From the NCBI RefSeq assembly GCF_050920415.1, contig NZ_CP169309.1: a stretch of 64,000 nt of DNA. One strand, given 5' to 3'. The translations under genes and the position numbers were made by a program. Position 1 is the stretch's first letter. Each line of letters starts with the position of its first letter. The notes beneath the pieces are model-generated. The model made no database searches and had not been told where the DNA came from. It was given only the letters and a program-made list of their open reading frames with translations. Of the stretch, positions 55,544-64,000 are shown piece after piece. The DNA is from Escherichia coli. GTDB taxonomy: Bacteria; Pseudomonadota; Gammaproteobacteria; Enterobacterales; Enterobacteriaceae.

Positions 55544-56126
55544 CTTTATCAATGACTTATCTCCCGACTTCCCGCCTTGCTTTTCCTAAACAGAACAATC
55601 GTAGAATATTCTTGAAGGGTTAGATCGTCACTGTTTTCTGTTCGATACTGTGACATTCAGCACTTGATTCGCTATGGATCAGACAGGAAGGTTTCGAGCG
55701 AAAATCTACTGTTATTCAGTCGTTTTCTTATCGGTCACCATTATTCTTCTCATCTTATGCTTTAGATATTGATCCTATGAAACCGATGTTACGTTAGTGG
55801 GCGGGAACTGAAGTTACGGAGTAAAAGGGTTAATAATTGAGCCAAAAAAGGAACGCGGCCGTCAGATTAAAGCCGCGGGACAAAGTCCATAATTTCCAAG
55901 AGTTGTTGAATTTCCCAGCTTTTTTGAAAGCCTTTGTATCATACTAACAAGTAAAAAAGGTTTAAATACCAAAATTAACCTGTATTTTTGATAAGTCTTA
56001 CCATTGTACGATTTACACAGTTTCTGCTCCTCCTTGTTGATAGTGGAAAGAGTGCGGTATGCACTTGCGTAAACATTTATGATGCGTTGATGTCCAGGGT
56101 TCACATTTCCTTGTCAGGGGATCGAC

Positions 56127-56657
56127 TTATTTGTGGCGAGGCATCATTCGTAACAGAGTATTATCTTTCTGAATGTAATGATGAAAGAGCGCTGCGCCAG
56201 CGTGGGCTGCGATTAAAAAGTAACCTATGTTCGCCCAGGTTTCGTGAATATTTTTTATCAATGCTTTAATTTCACTGTTTGGGGTAACAAAAGGCGGCAC
56301 ATTGAAACCAAGGAAACTCCACGATTTTCCACTATAAGCCATTAAAGCAATCCCCAACAGTGGAAGCGCAAGGAAGGTTATATAAAGCATGATGTGCATT
56401 AGCGAAGCCGCTTTCATTTGCCAGGCAGGTGGCGGTGGCACAATAGAGGGATCACTATAACGGTGTTTTATTATAAGGCGTGAAAACATTAACACCCAAA
56501 CGAAGATACCCGCATTGTAATGTGTTTCACGCATCAACAGATAAGTATTACTACCTTTGGGAAACCAGCCACGGAGTTCCATTGCGGCATAAGTGATTGC
56601 AATGAAAAGCAGCGTTATCCAGTGTAAATAAATTTGAGTTTTTGAGAATCGATTCAT
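56127..56657 (-). CDS. yodB: Cytochrome b561-family protein
   Basis: ORF 56127..56687; start at MNRFSKTQIYLHW, 176 aa, 4 TM. Confidence 0.88.
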   Translation of the reverse strand: MNRFSKTQIYLHWITLLFIAITYAAMELRGWFPKGSNTYLLMRETHYNAGIFVWVLMFSRLIIKHRYSDPSIVPPPPAWQMKAASLMHIMLYITFLALPLLGIALMAYSGKSWSFLGFNVPPFVTPNSEIKALIKNIHETWANIGYFLIAAHAGAALFHHYIQKDNTLLRMMPRHK

Positions 56658-57001
56658 TTTTATAGCTCCTGTAATTTTCACAGTCAAGCTATCCCACGAA
56701 CCTTAAAAATACCTTATACAGATGTGGTTTTAAGAATTTGTTATTTAAAAAATTGAAAAGGGTAAATTGTGAACAGTCAATATAAGCAATTGCCTGCGCC
56801 CAGTTATCTTACGCTGTTGGCAGTATTGTATATGGAGTCCGTTATTGATTAACCCTATGAGGGCTTGCTTATTAAGATGCAGACACGTCATAGCGATGAG
56901 CGTGTCTGCAGCTACCTTGCATTCAGTGGCGTTTGTGGATGGACCTGTGGCTGCTATGATAACTTAATAAAAACGGCATCGAGACGCTATTCATGGAAGA
57001 C

Positions 57002-57652
57002 TCAATGAGACATCATCTCCTCGACCACTTCTTCGCTACTCAACTGATAGGGATAATACGTTGGCCAGTTTTCCATTTCATTCAATAAAGATTGCTGTGA
57101 ATCATTACCCATAAAAATGTGAAAATGAGATGATTTTCGTGGTGCAATTATATGATCGCTAAATTGTATATATTTAGGGGCTTTGCTTTCAGGATCTTTA
57201 CATTCGAATAAGTAACGAACGCCTTTCTTGCCTGATTTATAGGTGAGTATTTTGTAGCCATCGTAATCATATTTACAGGATGTAGTTTCGTTATTTATAT
57301 GGAATTCAATAATGCCGTCCTCAATACCAATCATTTCGATATCTGTCGAGTAGCCTTTCTGATAATAATCTTTAACTTCTGCGAATGTTTTGGTTTTATC
57401 TGCATTCGCTTTCTTTCGAAAGACGGGGTCAAGCTTGCCATTTTGCAGTAAGGGATAAACGGATTGCCAGACTCCATCCCAGTCACTGAGCGTTCGGTTT
57501 TGTACATTGGCATCATCAAAAACACCGTTAGCCGCTTTTTGTTCGACCTCTGTTAAGGGTTTGCCGTGTGAGTGATGACCATGCGAAAAGGCAGGAGCGC
57601 TAACAATAAAGACACCTAAAGCAATAGCCAGTTTATTAAGACGAATCGCCAA
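57002..57652 (-). CDS. zinT: Periplasmic zinc/cadmium-binding protein ZinT
   Basis: 216 aa, signal peptide then HGHHSHG His-rich motif. Confidence 0.93.
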   Translation of the reverse strand: MAIRLNKLAIALGVFIVSAPAFSHGHHSHGKPLTEVEQKAANGVFDDANVQNRTLSDWDGVWQSVYPLLQNGKLDPVFRKKANADKTKTFAEVKDYYQKGYSTDIEMIGIEDGIIEFHINNETTSCKYDYDGYKILTYKSGKKGVRYLFECKDPESKAPKYIQFSDHIIAPRKSSHFHIFMGNDSQQSLLNEMENWPTYYPYQLSSEEVVEEMMSH

Positions 57653-57844
57653 AACAGTTTCCTCCAGAGTTATTGTACATGACGTGTTATGTTATATTGT
57701 AACATATGACGAAATGCAATAACTCTTAGGAAACAAGAGCATAGTTTTCTCAGGTGTATTTACCTATCTTATTGAAATGAAATAAATTATGTCGATGATT
57801 TGAGGTTGATGACAAACGAAACATAACTTGATGCGATCTGTGTG

Positions 57845-57878
57845 GGCCGGATAAGGCGCTCACACCGCATCCGGCAGG
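57845..57878. repeat. REP element
   Basis: gggccggataaggcgctcacaccgcatccggcag. Confidence 0.6.
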
Positions 57879-57908
57879 GATAACGCGTACTTTGTCGGCA
57901 ATATGAAG

Positions 57909-58544
57909 TTATAGAGATGATTTGTTGTGAACCTGCTTGCGTAATCGGTTGAAAAGGGAAAGTAGCTTTTTATACCGTAAGGCTAAAAGCAGTACAGCCA
58001 GCCCAGCGTAGATGAGTGGCTGCGGTGAAATAATCTTCACTGACCACAGATAATGTATTGGAGCCAGGATCGCGACAAGATAGACGAAGTTATGCAACTG
58101 TTGCCAGTGTTTGCCGAGTTTTCGCTGCATCGCCTGGGTTGAAGTGAACGCTAAAGCAAGCAAAATTACCCAACTAATAATACCTAACGTTAAATAAGGT
58201 CGGGTGATTAACTCCTTGCCTAATAACGCCAGATTATTCACGCCCAGCTCCAGTAATGCGTAACTGGTTAAATGCAGTGTCGCCCAGGCAAAGCACCATA
58301 AGCCTAACAGGCGTCGAGTCCGCATCAATAACGGCTGTTTTGCGTAACGTGCCAGAGGTGTAATTAACAAGGTCGCCAGCAAAAATTTCAGTGCAGTGCG
58401 TCCGGTAAAATGCTGAATATCTTTCACCGGATCGGCTCCTAGTCCACCGTGATTGATCGCCCAGGCAAGCCAGAGCAACGGCAACAATCCGGCAAGATGC
58501 AGGCAAAGTTTTAGCCATGTCACCTGTTTTGCTGTCAGACGCAT
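57909..58544 (-). CDS. msrQ: Methionine sulfoxide reductase heme-binding membrane subunit
   Basis: 211 aa, [26 protein letters not shown]. Confidence 0.92.
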   Translation of the reverse strand: MRLTAKQVTWLKLCLHLAGLLPLLWLAWAINHGGLGADPVKDIQHFTGRTALKFLLATLLITPLARYAKQPLLMRTRRLLGLWCFAWATLHLTSYALLELGVNNLALLGKELITRPYLTLGIISWVILLALAFTSTQAMQRKLGKHWQQLHNFVYLVAILAPIHYLWSVKIISPQPLIYAGLAVLLLALRYKKLLSLFNRLRKQVHNKSSL

Positions 58545-59555
<1,011 letters not shown>

Positions 59556-59651
59556 TCACACTGTTTTGTCGTTAACCAGTAAGAGATTGTTAATCTGTCA
59601 GGGAGTCTCCTCCCTAACAGTAGCAGAGATCTGCTTTTACATATTTACGCA

Positions 59652-60065
59652 TTAACTGCCACGATAGGTTGAATACCCATATTGGCTAAGTAACAAAGGT
59701 ACATGATAATGCTCGTTCACTTTATTAATTTGAAACTCAACAGGGATCTCAGGGAAGAAACTTTCAAGATTTTGTTTCTTAAAATATTCTCCAGTTTTAA
59801 ATACAACACGGTAATCGCCCGTGGTTGCAGTTTGCTCGGGCCACAGTGCCTTGATTCGTCCATCCTTATCTGTTTTGGCGGTATTAAGTTGTAACCAGCC
59901 GTTATCCGCTTTCTTTTCCAGAGTGACTGTCACGTCGGCAGCGGGTTTTCCTGTTTGCTGGTTCAAAATGTGCACGCTAAGAATGTTTTGTTGTGCGGCA
60001 TAAACCAAAGAAGGTAATGAAAATGCAGCCGTTGCAACCGAGAGTAGTAAATAACGCTTTAACAT
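59652..60065 (-). CDS. hiuH: 5-hydroxyisourate hydrolase (transthyretin-like)
   Basis: 137 aa, C-terminal YRGS. Confidence 0.9.
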   Translation of the reverse strand: MLKRYLLLSVATAAFSLPSLVYAAQQNILSVHILNQQTGKPAADVTVTLEKKADNGWLQLNTAKTDKDGRIKALWPEQTATTGDYRVVFKTGEYFKKQNLESFFPEIPVEFQINKVNEHYHVPLLLSQYGYSTYRGS

Positions 60066-60197
60066 GTTTATATCCTTGTCATGTGAATGAGTTTTGAGGA
60101 TAGCGAAAAAACGTCTGTGATAACCTTACAGAAGCATTACAATTTTGTAATGAACCAGGCTGTTTCTATAACATATGATTTATGGCATATTATTTTC

Positions 60198-60869
60198 ATG
60201 AAGATTCTACTTATTGAAGATAATCAAAGGACCCAGGAATGGGTAACGCAGGGGCTTTCAGAAGCAGGTTATGTCATTGATGCGGTTTCTGATGGCAGAG
60301 ATGGGCTTTATCTTGCGCTGAAGGATGATTATGCATTGATCATTCTGGATATTATGCTTCCGGGTATGGATGGCTGGCAGATCTTACAAACGTTACGAAC
60401 GGCAAAGCAAACCCCCGTTATTTGCCTTACAGCAAGGGATTCTGTCGATGACAGAGTCAGAGGGCTGGACAGTGGGGCAAATGATTATCTGGTAAAACCT
60501 TTTTCATTTTCTGAGTTGCTGGCGAGGGTTCGGGCACAATTAAGGCAACATCATGCGCTGAATTCAACATTAGAAATCAGCGGATTAAGAATGGACTCTG
60601 TCAGCCAAAGTGTGAGCAGGGACAATATCAGTATTACACTGACGCGCAAGGAGTTTCAGTTACTTTGGCTACTGGCCTCCAGAGCTGGCGAAATTATACC
60701 CAGAACGGTTATTGCGAGTGAAATTTGGGGAATCAATTTCGATAGTGATACTAATACGGTGGATGTCGCTATTCGCAGGCTCCGCGCAAAAGTTGATGAT
60801 CCTTTTCCTGAAAAGCTAATCGCTACAATCCGGGGAATGGGGTATTCATTTGTAGCGGTAAAAAAATAA
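60198..60869 (+). CDS. hprR: OmpR-family response regulator
   Basis: ORF 60087..60869; start at MKILLIEDNQ, 223 aa. Confidence 0.9.
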   Translation: MKILLIEDNQRTQEWVTQGLSEAGYVIDAVSDGRDGLYLALKDDYALIILDIMLPGMDGWQILQTLRTAKQTPVICLTARDSVDDRVRGLDSGANDYLVKPFSFSELLARVRAQLRQHHALNSTLEISGLRMDSVSQSVSRDNISITLTRKEFQLLWLLASRAGEIIPRTVIASEIWGINFDSDTNTVDVAIRRLRAKVDDPFPEKLIATIRGMGYSFVAVKK

Positions 60870-62227
60870 TGAAAAGATTATCTATAACCGTCCGTTTAAC
60901 CTTGCTTTTTATATTGCTACTGTCTGTCACTGGCGCTGGAATTGTCTGGACTCTCTATAATGGCCTGGCAAGTGAGTTGAAATGGCGCGATGATACAACA
61001 CTCATTAACCGGACAGCGCAGATCAAGCAGTTGTTAATTGATGGGGTAAATCCAGATACGTTACCTGTGTACTTTAACCGGATGATGGATGTTAGTCAGG
61101 ATATCTTGATCATTCATGGTGATGGCATCAATAAAATTGTTAACCGGACGAATGTCAGTGATGATATGTTAAATAACATACCTACGACTGAGGCAATCAG
61201 TGCAGCTGGCATTTACAGAAGCATTATTAATGACACAGAGATAGATGCTTTACGAATTAACATTGATGAAATTTCGCCATCATTAACGGTTACTGTGGCT
61301 AAATTGGCTTCAGCCAGACATAACATGCTTGAACAGTATAAAATTAATAGCATTATAATTTGCATCGTCGCCATTATACTGTGCTCAGTATTAAGTCCGC
61401 TGTTAATCAGAACGGGATTACGAGAGATCAAAAAGTTGAGTGGGGTAACGGAAGCATTAAATTATAACGACACCCGAGAGCCTGTTGAGGTTATCGCACT
61501 ACCGAGTGAATTAAAACCTCTTGGTCAGGCGTTGAATAAAATGCACCATGCTTTAGTAAAAGATTTTGAGCGCCTTAGCCAATTTGCTGACGATCTCGCT
61601 CATGAACTTAGAACGCCAATTAATGCATTACTGGGTCAGAATCAGGTGACGCTCAGTCAAACCCGAAGTATCGCTGAGTATCAAAAAACAATTGCCGGAA
61701 ACATTGAAGAGCTGGAAAATATTTCGCGGTTAACAGAGAATATACTGTTTCTTGCCAGAGCAGATAAAAGCAATGTTTTGGTGAAACTGGATTCGCTCTC
61801 TCTTAACAAGGAAATTGGGAATTTGTTAGACTATCTGGAATACCTTTCAGAAGAGAAAGAGATTCGTTTTCAGGTCGAGTGCAATCAGCAAATCTTTGCG
61901 GATGAAATTTTACTTCAACGAATGTTATCGAATCTTATTGTTAACGCCATTCGATATTCACCAGAAAAATCGTGCATTCATATAACCAGTTTTCTTGATG
62001 CCAACGGCTCTCTTAATATTGATATCGCCAGCCCTGGATCGAAAATTAATGAGCCGGAAAAACTCTTCCGTAGATTTTGGCGGGGAGATAATTCGCGTCA
62101 TTCTGCAGGTCAGGGGCTTGGCCTTTCTTTAGTCAAAGCAATTGCCGAATTGCATGGGGGAAGTGCTACGTATCACTATTTAAATCAACATAATGTGTTC
62201 CGTATTACGTTACCGCAAAGAAATTAA
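60869..62227 (+). CDS. hprS: Sensor histidine kinase
   Basis: 452 aa, two TM segments, H-box LAHELRTPINAL, ATPase domain. Confidence 0.9.
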   Translation: MKRLSITVRLTLLFILLLSVTGAGIVWTLYNGLASELKWRDDTTLINRTAQIKQLLIDGVNPDTLPVYFNRMMDVSQDILIIHGDGINKIVNRTNVSDDMLNNIPTTEAISAAGIYRSIINDTEIDALRINIDEISPSLTVTVAKLASARHNMLEQYKINSIIICIVAIILCSVLSPLLIRTGLREIKKLSGVTEALNYNDTREPVEVIALPSELKPLGQALNKMHHALVKDFERLSQFADDLAHELRTPINALLGQNQVTLSQTRSIAEYQKTIAGNIEELENISRLTENILFLARADKSNVLVKLDSLSLNKEIGNLLDYLEYLSEEKEIRFQVECNQQIFADEILLQRMLSNLIVNAIRYSPEKSCIHITSFLDANGSLNIDIASPGSKINEPEKLFRRFWRGDNSRHSAGQGLGLSLVKAIAELHGGSATYHYLNQHNVFRITLPQRN

Positions 62228-62334
62228 CCTATGGCTTCAGTACGCCACAGGTTAACCGTGAAAAAACGCAGCCACGCCGTGAGTACTCACGTGGCTGCGA
62301 TTGATTATGCGCTTACATTACAATGTAACAGGGA

Positions 62335-63186
62335 TTAACCCACGTAAGCTGCCAGCATTTCCTGTGCTGCCAGTTTACCCAACGCATTCGCTGCGAAAGG
62401 ACTGTCGCCGGTGAGAACTTTACGGTCCTTATGTACTCGCCCGGTGATGTCGTCATTAATGATGTTCATGCCCATTTTCTTCAGCTCTTCGCCGAAGTAC
62501 CAGGTGAGATGACCCGGCATATAGCCAATATCTGGCGTTTGTTTGTCTGCGGCGTCTGGGAATGCGCAAATGGAATAACCGTTCAGTGGGTTATCGCCGT
62601 GGCGAAGCGCCAGAAATGCCGCCGGGCCGTGGCAAAGGGAGATAACAAAACGGTTATTTTTGATTGCCCACTGCAAAGCGTTAGCCACGTCCTGGCTTTC
62701 AGGTAAACCAATAAGTGCGCCATGACCACCAGGAACAAAGATTGCTGCATATTCGCTGTCAGCATTGAGGCTGGCGACAATATCCGCGAGTTTCTTCGGA
62801 TTGCGGAACAACGATTTATGCTGCTCAAAGAACGGCATTACCTTTTCATCTTTGTGTGGCATAGCCCAGTATTCAAACTTGGTCATCAGGCCGGAAATGG
62901 TCGCCACTTCGAATTCGAAACCTGCCGCATGGAGATGATACAACGGCAGCAACGTTTCAATCGGATGATTACCGGTTGAGAACAATTTGCCATTGTCGGT
63001 CGGCAAATAACGTTCGTCCGCGGCGATCACCAGAATTTTGTGTTTACCGCGATACGGTTTTGGATAGTCCACGCCATCAAGATCAGAGACAGGACTGGTA
63101 TATTGGCTAAGCGAATATTCTGAAGGGAAGAATGCATTATCTTCAGCAGTATCGACCTGCGGATCTTTACTTTTTTGAACAGTCAT
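62335..63186 (-). CDS. hchA: Hsp31 glyoxalase / protein deglycase (DJ-1/PfpI family)
   Basis: 283 aa, MTVQKSKDPQVDTAEDNAFFPSEYSLSQYTSPVSDLDGVDYPKP. Confidence 0.93.
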   Translation of the reverse strand: MTVQKSKDPQVDTAEDNAFFPSEYSLSQYTSPVSDLDGVDYPKPYRGKHKILVIAADERYLPTDNGKLFSTGNHPIETLLPLYHLHAAGFEFEVATISGLMTKFEYWAMPHKDEKVMPFFEQHKSLFRNPKKLADIVASLNADSEYAAIFVPGGHGALIGLPESQDVANALQWAIKNNRFVISLCHGPAAFLALRHGDNPLNGYSICAFPDAADKQTPDIGYMPGHLTWYFGEELKKMGMNIINDDITGRVHKDRKVLTGDSPFAANALGKLAAQEMLAAYVG

Positions 63187-63688
63187 AGTGTATTCCTTGT
63201 TGTTGCTTAGTTAGGTTAGTCACTATATTTGCGACTGAGCTGGTCGCTATTTTTAACCAGGCTGGAAAATTGAGTCAATATATCGAAAGCGGTAGGCGAC
63301 GAGGGAAAATATGTAATGATGATGCTGCACTGATGTTGAATGTTTCTCACGCCAAATTTTCCTTTTTGAGTCATGTGGTCACAAGTGACTTCAATGATTT
63401 TAGACCATTATTAGAGGTCTGGGACGACGATGAGAGATTTAGTGCTATGGAATATTGTTATTCTGTTGAATATTTATATCCCGGACTGCTATAGAAAAGG
63501 CTTTTTTTATGCACTATTTTTGCAAATATTTTTATATGGGAGGCGGTTTTGTTGCGGATTAATTCATAAAGAAATGCATTTGGGGTGGCTGGAAGAGTCG
63601 CTGGTAGATGTTATTGTGCCAGGAGGGGCAGGGTAAGGTGCTGTATCGATATGTTTGGCAATTGCGTGTGCCGTAGATGGAGATGAAA

Positions 63689-64000
63689 TGATCTTACCCA
63701 GTAATAGTGGACACTCGGATAAGTGAGTAAACTCTCAGTCAGAGGTGACTCACATGACAAAATCTGTATCAACCAGCAAAAAAGCACGTAAACAACATTC
63801 GCCTGAATTTCGCAGTGAAGCCCTGAAACTTGCTGAACGCATCGGTGTGCTGCCGCAGCCCGTGAACTCAGCCTGTATGAATCACAGCTCTACAACTGGC
63901 GCAGTAAACAGCAACATCAGCAGACTTCTTATGAACGTGAGCTGGAGATGCCCACCGGGGTTGCACGTCTCAAACGCCAGCTGGCAGAGCGGGATGAAGA
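63689..64000 (+). mobile_element. IS3-like element, left end and start of orfA (continues beyond the window)
   Basis: TGATCTTACCCAGTAATAGTGGACAC terminal repeat; orfA starts ATG 63754, MTKSVSTSKKARKQHSPEFRSEALKLAERIG. Confidence 0.8.

Noticed and set aside
55384-55623. 79-aa ORF overlapping the tRNA-Ser gene
   Set aside because: It spans a structural RNA gene and has no independent support.

Overview
This window reads as an Escherichia coli chromosomal segment (not K-12) running from the gnd-proximal end of the O-antigen cluster through gnd-ugd-wzzB, the complete his operon (minus strand, with hisL and its attenuator), yeeZ-yeeY-plaP, sbcB, dacD, sbmC, yeeA, yeeX, cobUST, ldtA, nac, cbl, yeeO, yeeN, amn, shiA, yeeL, the giant adhesin gene yeeJ, then mtfA, yodB, zinT, msrQP, hiuH, hprRS and hchA. 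It contains four tRNA-Asn genes and one tRNA-Ser. Gene identities and the K-12 comparisons are from my recollection of the protein sequences and gene order; no database search was run. Main accessory content: (1) an ~8.3 kb islet at the 3' end of tRNA-Asn asnT (about 46108..54386), bounded by a 21-bp direct repeat and a decayed P4-type integrase, carrying a divergent LysR regulator and a five-gene translationally coupled operon (isochorismatase-family hydrolase, HypE-like, HypF-like carbamoyltransferase, HAD hydrolase, MFS transporter). This orphan HypEF module with no HypCD and no hydrogenase is the best candidate for an undescribed system. (2) An IS629-like element (1310 bp) inserted in ldtA (erfK). 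(3) The start of an IS3-like element at the window end. (4) A frame-broken sulfatase-family gene at the window start. (5) Near-identical 609-bp tandem repeats inside yeeJ. Relative to K-12 as I remember it, yefM-yoeB, yeeD-yeeE and the CP4-44 prophage are absent, and yeeL appears intact. No CRISPR array or rRNA was seen.
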